Assembly: GCA_963778115.1 (NCBI GenBank)
Contig: CAVZSV010000004.1
Location: 2,496,001-2,560,000 of the forward strand
DNA from: an uncultured delta proteobacterium
Lineage (GTDB): Bacteria; Bdellovibrionota; FAC87; UBA2466
Reading direction: 5' to 3'
Length of the DNA stretch: 64,000 nt
The notes below the pieces were generated by a model. That model was not told the DNA's origin. It saw only the letters and a program-made list of their open reading frames with translations, and did not search any database. The translations under genes and the position numbers were made by a program. Positions within the stretch are counted from its first letter, which is position 1. The number at the start of each line of letters is the position of its first letter. Below are positions 27,459 to 37,841 of this stretch, in pieces.

Positions 27459-28535
27459 TCAATGCTCCGATTGGTTATCTCCCTCCGGGAACGCAGGGAG
27501 GTGTACTGACTTGAAATAGGACTGATCGTAAGCCCGATGGTAGGCCGTCCAACGCGACCCGCTATTATCGTTTTCAATGAGCTGTTGTACGCTATTTAAT
27601 TTCGAATCCATATCGTCGATGTGGTGTATGAGAAGGGCCTCCAAAGTGGCTGGTTTCTTGGGGGAGCCATAGTCCAATCTTCCGTGATGGCTTAAGATGA
27701 GGTGTTTAAGCTGCCATTCCAGATCACGTGGAAAATCGGGTATCTTTTGAATCTCTCTGTCCACCAGAGTGACCCCGATAGTAATATGTCCCACCAATTT
27801 TCCTTCGTCGGTGTAGCCGATGCTAGTGCCGTAGGAAAGTTCATAAATTTTTCCGAAGTCGTGGAAAGCGGCACCAAAAATGAGCAGATTCTTGTCGAGC
27901 GCAGGGTACCAGGGGGAAATGGCATTTACTATCCGTATCAATTGTACTGAGTGGCTTAGGAGTCCACCGATAAAAGCGTGATGAATGGTCTTGGCGGCCG
28001 GGCAAACTTTGTAACGGCGAGCGATTTCGGGATTCTTAAGCAATTGCAATCCCAGATCTCTTACCCAAACATTGTCCAGACGTTCGAAATAACCCAGAAG
28101 CTCGTCATATAAGCTCTCCAGATCAAGTTCAGTCTTAGGAAGATAGTCCGCTAGTTGGATTTCGCTAAGAGGAACGGGGGCCAGGTGCTGGATCACAAGC
28201 TGCATGCGGTTTTGAAAACTAGAGGCCTTACCATTCACCGCAATGACGTCCCCCTCTTGAAAAAGGGCAGACGTCTCTTCTGCCCCTTCCCACATTCTAG
28301 TGTCCATTTCGCCGGTGCAATCGGAGAGCATCATCGAGAGAAAAGGTTTACCGTTGCGCGACCGTCCGAGATCTTTGCTTTTCACTAAGAACGTCGATCG
28401 GACGACATCTTGGGGCTTCAGATCTCTGATAAACACTTGTTTTTGATGTACGTTTTCCGTGCTTACCGAGTTAAAGTGGGTTTGGCCCGACGAATCGGGC
28501 GCTAAAGGACTTGGGGTAAAGAGGCTTTTTTCCAT
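27459..28535 (-). CDS. yhaM: OB-fold + HD-domain 3'-5' exoribonuclease YhaM/Cbf1 family
   Basis: OB fold (GKPFL…D.TG); PAAKTIHHAF.GGL..H, HDFGK, GHI, SHHG.L.YGSP. Confidence 0.85.
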   Translation of the reverse strand: MEKSLFTPSPLAPDSSGQTHFNSVSTENVHQKQVFIRDLKPQDVVRSTFLVKSKDLGRSRNGKPFLSMMLSDCTGEMDTRMWEGAEETSALFQEGDVIAVNGKASSFQNRMQLVIQHLAPVPLSEIQLADYLPKTELDLESLYDELLGYFERLDNVWVRDLGLQLLKNPEIARRYKVCPAAKTIHHAFIGGLLSHSVQLIRIVNAISPWYPALDKNLLIFGAAFHDFGKIYELSYGTSIGYTDEGKLVGHITIGVTLVDREIQKIPDFPRDLEWQLKHLILSHHGRLDYGSPKKPATLEALLIHHIDDMDSKLNSVQQLIENDNSGSRWTAYHRAYDQSYFKSVHLPAFPEGDNQSEH

Positions 28536-28667
28536 AGAGCCCTCGAATAGCCGTTTCACGGAGCAGTGTCAAAGACGTGATAGCTCGCCCAAATTCGCCA
28601 GGATCCAGTTGAATGCAAAGGGAAACCGCTATAAAGATAGGCCAGACTTTTATCGCGGGAGAGATTG

Positions 28668-29681
28668 ATGAAAAAGACACGAGTGGGAATTAATGGATTT
28701 GGTCGCATCGGCCGAGTTACGACGCGTCTGCTCTGGGAACGGCCTGAATTTGAATTGGTTGCGATTAACGATCTTACCCCTATCGACCAAAACGTCTTAT
28801 TGTTGAAGTACGACTCGGTTCACGGGCCATGGAAGCATTCGGTGGAAGCGGGGAAAGAATCGATGAAGATGGACTCCCGCGAAGTCAAAGTTTTCAGCCG
28901 GCGAGATCCGGTCGAGATTCCGTGGAGAGATTTGGGAGTCGACATCGTTATCGAAAGTACCGGCATTTTTACGTCCTACGAGGGCGCTTCGAAGCATCTT
29001 ACGGCTGGTGCAAAGAAGGTTATTGTTTCCGCTCCCGCCAAGGATGAAAAGATTCGAACCTTTGTGATGGGAATCAATCAAGACCAATACGATCCGGCTA
29101 AAGACAACATAGTTTCCAACGCCTCTTGTACGACCAATTGTCTCGCTCCTGTCGTGAAAGTGCTTAATGACAAATTTAAGGTACTCCGCGGTCTCATGAC
29201 TACGATCCACTCGTATACCAACGATCAACGAGTTTTGGATATCGGTCATCAAGACCCCAGGCGAGCACGAGCTGCGGCACTCAACATGATTCCCACTTCC
29301 ACCGGTGCCGCCAAAGCGGTAACTCTGGTAATTCCCGAACTCAAAGGGAAGCTAACGGGAACCTCGGTTCGTGTTCCGACTCCCAATGTCTCATTAGTCG
29401 ATTTTGTCGCGGATTTGGGCCGATCAACCACTGTTGAAGAGGTGAATAAAGCCTTTGTTCAAGCCTCTCTTGAAGGCCCCCTGAAAGGAATTCTGTCGGC
29501 GGAAACAGAGCCATTAGTTTCCTCGGATTTTAACGGTTCTTCTTTTTCCTCTCAGGTGGATTTGCTGTCTACCATCATAACGGACGGCAGCATGGTTAAA
29601 GTGCTTAGCTGGTATGACAATGAAACCGGTTTTTCGACGAGAATGTTAGATCTAGCCGCTTTGATGGCGAAATCGCTCTAA
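28668..29681 (+). CDS. gap: Glyceraldehyde-3-phosphate dehydrogenase
   Basis: GINGFGRIGR, SNASCTTNCL, WYDNE. Confidence 0.98.
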   Translation: MKKTRVGINGFGRIGRVTTRLLWERPEFELVAINDLTPIDQNVLLLKYDSVHGPWKHSVEAGKESMKMDSREVKVFSRRDPVEIPWRDLGVDIVIESTGIFTSYEGASKHLTAGAKKVIVSAPAKDEKIRTFVMGINQDQYDPAKDNIVSNASCTTNCLAPVVKVLNDKFKVLRGLMTTIHSYTNDQRVLDIGHQDPRRARAAALNMIPTSTGAAKAVTLVIPELKGKLTGTSVRVPTPNVSLVDFVADLGRSTTVEEVNKAFVQASLEGPLKGILSAETEPLVSSDFNGSSFSSQVDLLSTIITDGSMVKVLSWYDNETGFSTRMLDLAALMAKSL

Positions 29682-30895
29682 TGAAAACCTACAGAACGAT
29701 AAAGGATTTCGATCTCAAAGGGCGTAGGGTTTTTGTGCGCGTCGACTTTAACGTTCCTCTTAAACAGGGATCGGACGGAAATTACCATGTGGTTGACGCC
29801 GCCCGCATCGAAGGCGCTCTTCCGACCATCCGTTATATTATGGAGCAGGGGGGGAAATGCATTCTAGCCTCTCATCTGGGGCGTCCCGACGGAAAGCCAT
29901 CGAAGAAGTATAGCTTGGAACCGGTGGCCCTAAAGTTAAGCGAACTTTTACAGAAAGATGTCGTGCTAACGGAGGACTGCTGCGGCGATGGGCCTCGAGG
30001 GCTTTCCGTTCAGATGCGTCCCCAAGACGTGATGCTTTTGGAAAACCTGCGCTTCAATCCAGGTGAAGAAGAGAATTCGACAGAGTTTGCCAACCGACTT
30101 CTTGAACTGTGTGACGTCTATATCTCGGATGCCTTTGGGACGCTCCATCGCGCCCATGCCTCTACCTCGGCGCTACCGAAGCTTGTAAACGACCGGGGGA
30201 TCGGATTTCTGGTCGAAAAAGAGCTGCATTATTTGGAACCTCTCAGAGATAACCCGGCGCGTCCGTTTGTTTTGGTAACCGGAGGCTCCAAGGTTTCAGA
30301 CAAGATAGGAATTCTGGAGCATTTTATCGATAAGGTCGACACCGTCCTCATTGGAGGGGCGATGGCCTACGCCTTCTTGAAGGCTCAGGGCAAAAATGTC
30401 GGTAAGAGTTTGTGTGAGGAGAGTCAGGTCAAAGTGGCGGCCAAGCTTCTTAAGATGGTGGAACCTCGAAAAGTGAAAATTTTTCTCCCTGTGGATCACC
30501 TCGTGGCCCGAAGCCTTGCGGATACCTCATCGGCTAAAGTGACTTCCGGTGCCGATATCCCCGATGACATGATGGGAGTCGATTTGGGCCCCCGTACTCT
30601 TTTGGCTTACGGCTCACAGCTAACGAATGCTGAGACCATATTCTGGAACGGCCCCATGGGGGTCTTTGAAACTCCAGCCTTTGCGAACGGAACTTTTGAA
30701 ATGGCGCGGATGATTGCCCAGTCCAAAGCTAAGAAATTGGTCGGGGGGGGCGATTCGGCGGCAGCAATTGCCGAGGCCGGATGCGAAAACCAGTTCGATT
30801 TCATTAGTACCGGGGGTGGGGCGACTTTAGAATATCTAGAAGGTAAAGAACTTCCAGGTCTTAAGGCGCTTGAAGTTTCAGCCAGGTCCAGCTAA
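29681..30895 (+). CDS. pgk: Phosphoglycerate kinase
   Basis: RVDFNVP, SHLGRP, LLENLRF, WNGPMG, STGGGA. Confidence 0.98.
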   Translation: MKTYRTIKDFDLKGRRVFVRVDFNVPLKQGSDGNYHVVDAARIEGALPTIRYIMEQGGKCILASHLGRPDGKPSKKYSLEPVALKLSELLQKDVVLTEDCCGDGPRGLSVQMRPQDVMLLENLRFNPGEEENSTEFANRLLELCDVYISDAFGTLHRAHASTSALPKLVNDRGIGFLVEKELHYLEPLRDNPARPFVLVTGGSKVSDKIGILEHFIDKVDTVLIGGAMAYAFLKAQGKNVGKSLCEESQVKVAAKLLKMVEPRKVKIFLPVDHLVARSLADTSSAKVTSGADIPDDMMGVDLGPRTLLAYGSQLTNAETIFWNGPMGVFETPAFANGTFEMARMIAQSKAKKLVGGGDSAAAIAEAGCENQFDFISTGGGATLEYLEGKELPGLKALEVSARSS

Positions 30896-30917
30896 ATCTG
30901 TCTCCAGGAGCCCAGTA

Positions 30918-31706
30918 GTGAACGAACGAATTCCCATTTTTGCCGCCAATTGGAAGATGAATAAGTTCATCGCGGAAGTGCCGGAGTACATTACGAGGCT
31001 AAAGGCTTTGCTGGCGGAGGTTCCTTTAAAGGCGGGTAAGGACTACGAAGTGGTCTTAGGAGCTTCGGCAACGCACCTTTTCAAGATGACTCCTTTGATG
31101 CAGGGGACGGGATTTGAGCTGGCCGCCCAGAATTGCGGAATTGCCAAGTTCGGCGCGTATACGGGAGAGGCTTCGCCGGCAGTGCTAAAAGAGCTGGAAT
31201 GTGACTGGGTCATTATCGGCCATTCCGAGCGCAGGCATATCTTTAAGGAAGAGGATGGCTTGATCCTGTCTCGAATTAGGGCGGGACTGGAAGAAGGGCT
31301 AAATGTCCTGTTTTGCGTGGGAGAGATTTTACAGGACCGCAAAGCGGGCAAGACGTTCAAGACCATCGAAACCCAACTCTCTATTTTGAAGCAGTCGCTA
31401 CCTCCCGATTATTTACGCCGCATGGCAATCGCCTATGAGCCCGTATGGGCAATTGGAACGGGAGAGAACGCGACCCCACAGCAGGCGCAAGAGGTTCATG
31501 CTTTTATTCGGGGATGGGTATCGGAAAAATGCTCTAGCGAGGAAGCTTCTAAACTTCGCGTGCTCTACGGCGGAAGTGTGAAGCCTGAAAATTCGTCCCA
31601 AATCATGTCCCAAAAGGATGTGGACGGTCTTTTAGTGGGTGGCGCAAGTTTAGATCCCGCCGTTTTCGCGGGTGTGATTAAGAATGGGCTTAAAGCCCGA
31701 TTGTAG
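30918..31706 (+). CDS. tpiA: Triosephosphate isomerase
   Basis: ANWKM, GHSERR, AYEPVWAIGTG, YGGSV, LVGGASL; GTG start after AGGAG. Confidence 0.97.
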   Translation: MNERIPIFAANWKMNKFIAEVPEYITRLKALLAEVPLKAGKDYEVVLGASATHLFKMTPLMQGTGFELAAQNCGIAKFGAYTGEASPAVLKELECDWVIIGHSERRHIFKEEDGLILSRIRAGLEEGLNVLFCVGEILQDRKAGKTFKTIETQLSILKQSLPPDYLRRMAIAYEPVWAIGTGENATPQQAQEVHAFIRGWVSEKCSSEEASKLRVLYGGSVKPENSSQIMSQKDVDGLLVGGASLDPAVFAGVIKNGLKARL

Positions 31707-31714
31707 GAGACTTC

Positions 31715-32113
31715 GTGGCAATTATTATAGCAGTACACGTTTTTATCTGCGTGTTTTTGGTCATCGTTATTTTACTTCAACCGGGTAAAGGCGATGCCGG
31801 AATTGGATTTGGAAGCTCTTCAAGCCAGAGCATTTTTGGTAGCAAAGGGGCGGGTAACTTTCTCACGAAGACCACTTCGGTTTGCGCTATCCTGTTTTTG
31901 CTCACAAGTTTTATTATTACTCGCAGACAAGTTCGCACTCGCGAAGGTATCGATGTGACCGCGCAGCCAGAATTGCCTTCGGCCGCTCCAGCGACGCCGG
32001 TTCCCAGTGCGAGTCCAAGTCCGAGTCCAAGCCCGAAGGCGGGAGCGCCAGCCAAGCCGGCAACTCCGAGTCAGGCAGCTCCTTCAGGAGGAACGGCACC
32101 GGCTAAGAAATAG
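31715..32113 (+). CDS. secG: Preprotein translocase subunit SecG with Pro/Ala-rich tail
   Basis: ILLQPGKG…FG…GAGNFLTKTT; conserved tpiA-secG-tRNA-Leu order. Confidence 0.93.
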   Translation: MAIIIAVHVFICVFLVIVILLQPGKGDAGIGFGSSSSQSIFGSKGAGNFLTKTTSVCAILFLLTSFIITRRQVRTREGIDVTAQPELPSAAPATPVPSASPSPSPSPKAGAPAKPATPSQAAPSGGTAPAKK

Positions 32114-32124
32114 AAGTTTTTTGC

Positions 32125-32206
32125 GCGCGGGTGGTGGAATTGGTAGACACGCATGTTTGAGGTGCATGTGCCGAAAGGTGTGAGGGTTCAAGTCCCTCCC
32201 CGCGCA
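32125..32206 (+). tRNA. tRNA-Leu (GAG), CCA not encoded
   Basis: Acceptor GCGCGGG/CCCGCGC; D-loop GGAATTGGTAGAC; anticodon arm CATGT-TTGAGGT-GCATG; long variable arm; GGTTCAAGTCC. Confidence 0.95.
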
Positions 32207-32402
32207 ATTCCTTCCGCCGAAGGCGAAAGGAATGCTTAATAATTAATCTTAACCTAAATCCCCAAACTGAATCAGAATCCAACCCTAGAAATATATCCGG
32301 GCTAAATCCTCCGATCTAATAAGCGCTTCCTATTGATTATATTGAGTTATTACCCACTAGCTTGTGCTGATTGCCCCCGCTGTGGCATAACCTCTCCTCT
32401 AA

Positions 32403-33788
32403 ATGTTAAGGCAGGCAAAGCGGATGTGGGATTCTTTTCAAAGGCGGACGCTACTAATAGCGCTGATGAGCCTTTCTGTGGTGGCTTCTGGCAAACCCAC
32501 CCTCACTCTGATTAAGGAATCCACCGCGAATTACGCGTCCATTAATAGTTATTCGATTTTCCCCTATGGGACACAGACCTATTCTCATAATAGAGACACC
32601 AGCGGTTGCAAGAATTTGATTCTTATCCATTCCGCACTCGATCATAAGGCCATCAATCAGTTCGAAATCCCGCGGGGCCTTTCGGTTAACCCTCAAAGCC
32701 TTGTCGCTCATCTTGATGGGGATCCTTTCTTACTGCTATGGAACGTGAGTGAGCATACTCCGCTCTACGGCCTCTTCCCCATGACCGATACGTCCGCGCG
32801 CGAAATCGGTCCTAAGGGTTATGAGCGCCGGGGATTTGGAAAAGCGTTCCTTTGGGGGAATATTCCGTACGTTTTGTTCTTAGGGAGATCCGCCGGAGGT
32901 GATGTCTCCTTCTATCGAATGAATCTAAGCGATTTTCATGAAGACGAGTTTAAGGTTGTAGGAAGTGCCGAGTCCGACCATTTCGATCTGGTCGAACACG
33001 ACGGACACCTTTATGGTCTTGTGACCGGGGGAAATGCCACAACCGTATTTGATGTTTTCCGTGACCGACCGCTGGTTCCCGATAGGAGAATTAGTTTTGA
33101 CACCGTTCATCCTCAAGGACTTTCAGGGGGAAAACTATTCACCCTTAAGGAAAACGCCACGATCCCCTGTTTCGACAAGAAAACTTGGTGGGACACTCGT
33201 ACCCTATCCGTTAATTTCATGGAACCGTTTCACGAGGGCAGGGCCGACGTGGGAGAAGGAATGCTTCTTCCTTACCCATTTGGGGATGACCGCCTGGCCA
33301 GGCATCCTGGCGCCCCTGTTAATTTCCCACGGATTTTGAATCTAGATGCCTCGTTCTTTGTGGAAGCGGGAGAACTGTACGGGGTTTTTCCCATTGCTTG
33401 GACCGAGACCAGCAACCGGGATTTATTACGCCACTACATCTACAATCGAGAAAAGGCGTCTTTGGTCGAGGTCACTCTCCCTACAATGAAAGACGGAAGA
33501 AGCGGTCTGGAGTCTTCGAATTCAGGAATCCAAGTCTTTAAGGGCCCGGACGATCTTCACTATGGTATCTTGGTCAGCAAAGAGGGAATCGCCTATCTCA
33601 TTAGAATGGCTACGGGCCAGATAGTGTCCCAGTTGACTCTCCCTACGGTTCCTGCCGACGGTCGTTTCGAGGCCGATAGCCCGCATCTTTTTACTCGAGA
33701 GGTCGATTCGGTGGTGGAATACTATTTCACGGGAAATATTTCCAATTACAGACAGAACCGCACGTACACCGTTCGGATTGAATTCTAA
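32403..33788 (+). CDS. Hypothetical secreted beta-rich protein
   Basis: 461-aa ORF with N-terminal hydrophobic segment; no family recognised. Confidence 0.55.
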   Translation: MLRQAKRMWDSFQRRTLLIALMSLSVVASGKPTLTLIKESTANYASINSYSIFPYGTQTYSHNRDTSGCKNLILIHSALDHKAINQFEIPRGLSVNPQSLVAHLDGDPFLLLWNVSEHTPLYGLFPMTDTSAREIGPKGYERRGFGKAFLWGNIPYVLFLGRSAGGDVSFYRMNLSDFHEDEFKVVGSAESDHFDLVEHDGHLYGLVTGGNATTVFDVFRDRPLVPDRRISFDTVHPQGLSGGKLFTLKENATIPCFDKKTWWDTRTLSVNFMEPFHEGRADVGEGMLLPYPFGDDRLARHPGAPVNFPRILNLDASFFVEAGELYGVFPIAWTETSNRDLLRHYIYNREKASLVEVTLPTMKDGRSGLESSNSGIQVFKGPDDLHYGILVSKEGIAYLIRMATGQIVSQLTLPTVPADGRFEADSPHLFTREVDSVVEYYFTGNISNYRQNRTYTVRIEF

Positions 33789-33792
33789 TCGC

Positions 33793-34518
33793 TTAGGATT
33801 GTTTCTTGATATGCAGGTTGCCAGAGCCTGTCTTCATTAGAATCGTAAACTGGGCATCCGGACTTTCCCCCGCTTCATTGATCAGATCGCCACTTCCCGC
33901 CCTAAATGAGGTCTTAATCTTCGTGTCTTTGGGAAGTGTGATTTCGGCACCTCCGCTTCCTGAGCGGATATCTAATTCACCTTTCAGCGGCACGGAAGCA
34001 AAAGCGATTTTTATGGATCCACTGCCCACTTGGAGAACTCCTCCGGACTTTAATCCCGTTAAGAAGATATCCCCGCTTCCCGTCTTTCCGTCTAATTTTG
34101 TAATTTCAGACTTGGCATGCACAGAGCCACTCCCCACGGAAAAGTCTAGACTCCCTTGGGTCCCTTCGATCTTAATCGCACCACTTGCTGACTTCAGATC
34201 AAGAGATATCGCTTTGGGCACTGATATCTGGAAATTGACTTCGCACTCTTCGGCAAACATTCCGGACTGCTTCACCTCAACGAAAAGTTTCTTTCCTTGC
34301 GTCTCGACAGTCATCTTACACTGATCACCGAATTTCACTTTCTGGGCGGTCACGCTCGTTTCGAGAGCATTACTTCCCTTGACGTCGACACTTCCGCTGC
34401 CGTTACGGACCTCCAGAGCGGAGATTGCGGAGGCTTGGAAATCCCAAGTCTCAGCCGCAGCAGATAGGCATAAGCCTGAGAAAATAAGGCCGGTTAACAA
34501 GATAAGAAGGGCTTTCAC
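33793..34518 (-). CDS. DUF4097 / putative-adhesin beta-strand repeat protein
   Basis: Repeated (S/T)GSG-x-I/V motifs; signal peptide; GTG start after GGAGG. Confidence 0.8.
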   Translation of the reverse strand: MKALLILLTGLIFSGLCLSAAAETWDFQASAISALEVRNGSGSVDVKGSNALETSVTAQKVKFGDQCKMTVETQGKKLFVEVKQSGMFAEECEVNFQISVPKAISLDLKSASGAIKIEGTQGSLDFSVGSGSVHAKSEITKLDGKTGSGDIFLTGLKSGGVLQVGSGSIKIAFASVPLKGELDIRSGSGGAEITLPKDTKIKTSFRAGSGDLINEAGESPDAQFTILMKTGSGNLHIKKQS

Positions 34519-34636
34519 AAATACCTCCAAAAACGATGCGCCAGTTTTACTAGAATTGCCGGGAGCGAGCAACTTAGGAGCTCAGCTTGACTTGGTGAGC
34601 CCAAAAAGGTTTACAGGAGGTCCCATAGGAGGATCG

Positions 34637-35569
34637 ATGGCGCGAGTAAGTGGTCGTTTTAGGGTGTTCGTTTTAGGGCCGGTGTTCAGTCTCTTTCTTA
34701 TTCACCTTTCAGCCCATTCGGCTCTGGCGTCACTCTTCAAACCGGGGCTCACCCAGATTCAATCGCTTAATTTCGATTTTGACGACAATGTTTTTATAAC
34801 TCCCACGGAAATCATGCTGCAAGATTTAGAGAAGAATAAAGAAGTCGGCATTTCCACGAGAAGCTGGGCCCTGATGAAACTGCAATACCCGGGGCAAGGT
34901 TTTAAGCTTAATCCCGACGGCCTCCGCTATTTCGGAGATACCAGCGAGTTCGGGGCTGAGCTTTTTCCCACGACGATCCGAAAGGCGTTGAAAACAGCAA
35001 ACTGGAAGGGTCCGGTCTGGGACGATTTTGTACAGGCGGTGCAAAATAAAAATTCTCGGCATTACGTCTCTATCATCACGGCTCGCCTTCATTCCCGCCA
35101 CTCCATTTATAGAGGACTCGAAGTCCTTGCCGACGCGAGAGACGAAAAAGGCGAAAGGATTCTAACGGCACTTCCGGAGGAAGACCGAATCTACCCGGTG
35201 GGATGGCCCGATCTGGAAAAAGAGTTCATTGATCCAGAGCATCCCGATGACATGGCCATTCGCAAAGCGAAAGTCATGATAAGCCTGCTTAACGAAGTGA
35301 ACGCAGTTGATGTTCCAAAGGATGCGACACCTATCGTCGATCGAGACGGCGGTAAGCAGAAGGCACGGCTTCATACCTGGATATTTTCGGACGATGACTA
35401 TAACAACATCTGGGTGGCCTACGAAAAACTGGCTCCTTTGGTGAAGAATTGGCCTAGAGTAAAAATTGTTTTATTTTTTACAGGCACCAACAATCCGGTC
35501 CGCAAGCCCCACTCCTTTGTCATTAAATCGGATGGAACGGCCAGACCTACCACGGAAGAAGAACGTTAA
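34637..35569 (+). CDS. Secreted HAD-like hypothetical protein
   Basis: AGGAGG RBS; signal peptide; FDFDDNVF, IITAR, K, FSDDD motifs. Confidence 0.6.
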   Translation: MARVSGRFRVFVLGPVFSLFLIHLSAHSALASLFKPGLTQIQSLNFDFDDNVFITPTEIMLQDLEKNKEVGISTRSWALMKLQYPGQGFKLNPDGLRYFGDTSEFGAELFPTTIRKALKTANWKGPVWDDFVQAVQNKNSRHYVSIITARLHSRHSIYRGLEVLADARDEKGERILTALPEEDRIYPVGWPDLEKEFIDPEHPDDMAIRKAKVMISLLNEVNAVDVPKDATPIVDRDGGKQKARLHTWIFSDDDYNNIWVAYEKLAPLVKNWPRVKIVLFFTGTNNPVRKPHSFVIKSDGTARPTTEEER

Positions 35570-35613
35570 TTCGGAGGATGGGGTAGGGTTGTCATTCCAG
35601 ACAAACCGAGCCA

Positions 35614-36492
35614 TTGTCGGATTCGATGCAATGGGAAAGCCTTACCGAATGTTTGCTATGCCACAGTGCAAAGATCGCCACACTGTGTGAGCAGAACCAT
35701 TTTTCCCAATGTTTGGATTGCGGTCTGGTTTTTGATAACCCGCGCCCGTCCTGGAATTCAATTCTGGAATTCTATTCCAAGGAAGAACAGTATGACGATT
35801 GGTTGAAAGAGGAGAGGGCGCGTGACGATCTGTGGCGTCGTCGCCTAAAGCTGATTCTTAGGCTTCAAAGTGGAGGACGACTCTTAGACGTCGGAGCCGG
35901 CATTGGCCAGTTTCTTCATGTTGCTAAGAGCCACTTCGAAGTCGAGGGGTCAGAAATTTCGCCGACTGCGATTGCCATCGCCAAGGATAAGTATGGCCTT
36001 AGTCTTCGTTCAGGAACGGTGGAGAGTTTGCGTTGGGAAAAGCCTTTCGACGTATTGACCCTCTTTCACGTTTTAGAACATGTTCCCGACCCTTCGCAAA
36101 CGCTCAAGATATGTCATTCCTTATTGTCTTTTCAGGGGCTACTAGTTATCGCAGTCCCCAATGACGTCGAAGCGATTTTGACTCGCAGAAATAGAATCAT
36201 GAAGCAATGGAAAAGGCCGAAGTATCAGATTCTGGGGAATCTTGGATTGCCGGCACTTACCCTTAGCGGATCAGAAATTCATCTGTCCCATTTTACTTCG
36301 AGTGTTCTGGCAACGGCTCTACGATCGCAGGGATTCGAAATCGTCGAAAATGGGCTCGATCCCTCCTTCGCCGCGACCGGCTGTCGAAAATTTAGGCGCC
36401 TCCGGCGTTACCACACTTATCGTGCCATCCAAGCGGTGTCAGGTCTAAATCTCTACGACACAATTTGGATAGCCGCGCGTAAGCGTCAGTAG
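35614..36492 (+). CDS. Class I SAM-dependent methyltransferase with N-terminal Zn-finger
   Basis: CLLC…CLDC; LLDVGAGIG; FHVLEHVPDP; HLSHF. Confidence 0.88.
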   Translation: MSDSMQWESLTECLLCHSAKIATLCEQNHFSQCLDCGLVFDNPRPSWNSILEFYSKEEQYDDWLKEERARDDLWRRRLKLILRLQSGGRLLDVGAGIGQFLHVAKSHFEVEGSEISPTAIAIAKDKYGLSLRSGTVESLRWEKPFDVLTLFHVLEHVPDPSQTLKICHSLLSFQGLLVIAVPNDVEAILTRRNRIMKQWKRPKYQILGNLGLPALTLSGSEIHLSHFTSSVLATALRSQGFEIVENGLDPSFAATGCRKFRRLRRYHTYRAIQAVSGLNLYDTIWIAARKRQ

Positions 36493-36584
36493 CTTTCATG
36501 ATTGTGCCGGTTCGTACATAGGCCCCACGGCTCTTGCTCATTATTTAACCGATAACCTGAATTCAGACACACAGGAGGTGGAAC

Positions 36585-37217
36585 GTGAGTAAGCAAGGTA
36601 CGTTTCTGGCTGTGTTTTGCTTCCTAATGAGCTCTTCCGCTTATGCCGGGAATGCGATCGACATAGGCGATCTTCAAGCGTCTTACGCGCAAGCGTCGGC
36701 GACATTAACCGGGTTTCAAGACATCCAAATCATATCGGCACCGACGGAGATCACGGCTACGGATGCTAGCGGCAATAAGATATGCTCCTGCAGTACTACC
36801 GCTTCGGGTGTCGCTTCCGTCAGCTGCCAACAGAAGACGGTAACGTACTACACTGCCATATTGCGCTTTGAGAATATCGTCGCCGATTTTCCTTACCTGG
36901 TTAAAGATGGGCTGTCCTATCTTCAAGAAGGAGACACGGGCTTTTCGTCTATTCCAGGAACTAGGGTCTACCTCACCCTTCCCTTGGGAAACGTCGATCC
37001 AAATGGGTTAGGGGTCACCACCGCACTACTTGATGGCAGTTTTACTGACGTGAATAAAAAAATAGCCCAAACGTTTTTAAATGGGTCCGTCGGCTCTTTG
37101 TTGCAGATCTGTCAGGCCCGAATGGACATTCGCGTCTCCGATACGGATGGGAGCACTCATGTCACCGTCGTTTCTGGAACGTTGGAATCCTCCGCTTGCA
37201 CGGGTTTCGTCCACTAA
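36585..37217 (+). CDS. Secreted hypothetical protein
   Basis: AGGAGG RBS; signal peptide ending AYA. Confidence 0.6.
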   Translation: MSKQGTFLAVFCFLMSSSAYAGNAIDIGDLQASYAQASATLTGFQDIQIISAPTEITATDASGNKICSCSTTASGVASVSCQQKTVTYYTAILRFENIVADFPYLVKDGLSYLQEGDTGFSSIPGTRVYLTLPLGNVDPNGLGVTTALLDGSFTDVNKKIAQTFLNGSVGSLLQICQARMDIRVSDTDGSTHVTVVSGTLESSACTGFVH

Positions 37218-37393
37218 CGTTTTTGCTAAACGACGCGCCGCCCTTGGATAAGTTGGATGCAAACGACGACAATCGCCACGACTAAAAGGATGTGGATGTA
37301 TCCGCCCAAAGTATAGGAACTCACCACCCCTAATAGCCAAAGGACAAGCAATACGAAAAATAAGGTCCAAAGCATTGCATTCTCCTTCGAATT

Positions 37394-37603
37394 TTACTTT
37401 TTAGCAGGAGGGGTGTTTAGGACTTTATCGACGCCTTTTTTTACCGCGTCCTTAACGTCGCCGTAGGCCCGTTCCACTTTCGCCTTAATCTGTTCGCCGA
37501 CCCCTTCGGATTCCGTCCGGGTATTTCCCGTGAGATGGCCGACTTCTTCTTTGATTTTACCCTTGGTCTCGTGGAGGGTACTCTTTGCGTGTTGATTATT
37601 CAT
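37394..37603 (-). CDS. csbD: CsbD family stress protein
   Basis: KGKIKEEVGHLTGN…EG..EQ…YGDVKD; AGGAG RBS. Confidence 0.88.
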   Translation of the reverse strand: MNNQHAKSTLHETKGKIKEEVGHLTGNTRTESEGVGEQIKAKVERAYGDVKDAVKKGVDKVLNTPPAKK

Positions 37604-37663
37604 GACAAGCTCCTAGTAATTCGTCTTACCGACGATATTTATCCGACTGATAAGCTTTTACTG

Positions 37664-37679
37664 TGCAAGGAGCCGGCCA
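37664..37679 (-). promoter_or_regulatory. Putative sigma54 (-24/-12) promoter of csbD
   Basis: TGGCCGGCTCCTTGCA (GG-N10-GC) on minus strand. Confidence 0.55.
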
Positions 37680-37816
37680 ATCATGTGGAGCATGCTATGC
37701 AGACACCCGCCGAGAAACTTGTGGTATCTAGAAGCTGAACTGTAACAATGATGCAAATTGTAGCGCTATATTTGAGTAGAAATCTCCGAAAAGCGGGAAA
37801 TGGGTACGTAGGGGTG

Positions 37817-37832
37817 CGGCATACTGCTTGCA
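37817..37832 (+). promoter_or_regulatory. Putative sigma54 promoter of the Omp85-like gene
   Basis: CGGCATACTGCTTGCA (GG-N10-GC). Confidence 0.55.
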
Positions 37833-37841
37833 GACTCAGCG

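Noticed and set aside
34379..34636. Long N-terminal extension of ORF 34379-35569
   Set aside because: Overlaps the opposite-strand DUF4097 gene; a strong RBS and signal peptide support a start at 34637
36523..36538. sigma54 promoter before the 36585 gene
   Set aside because: CCCCACGGCTCTTGCT lacks the invariant -24 GG
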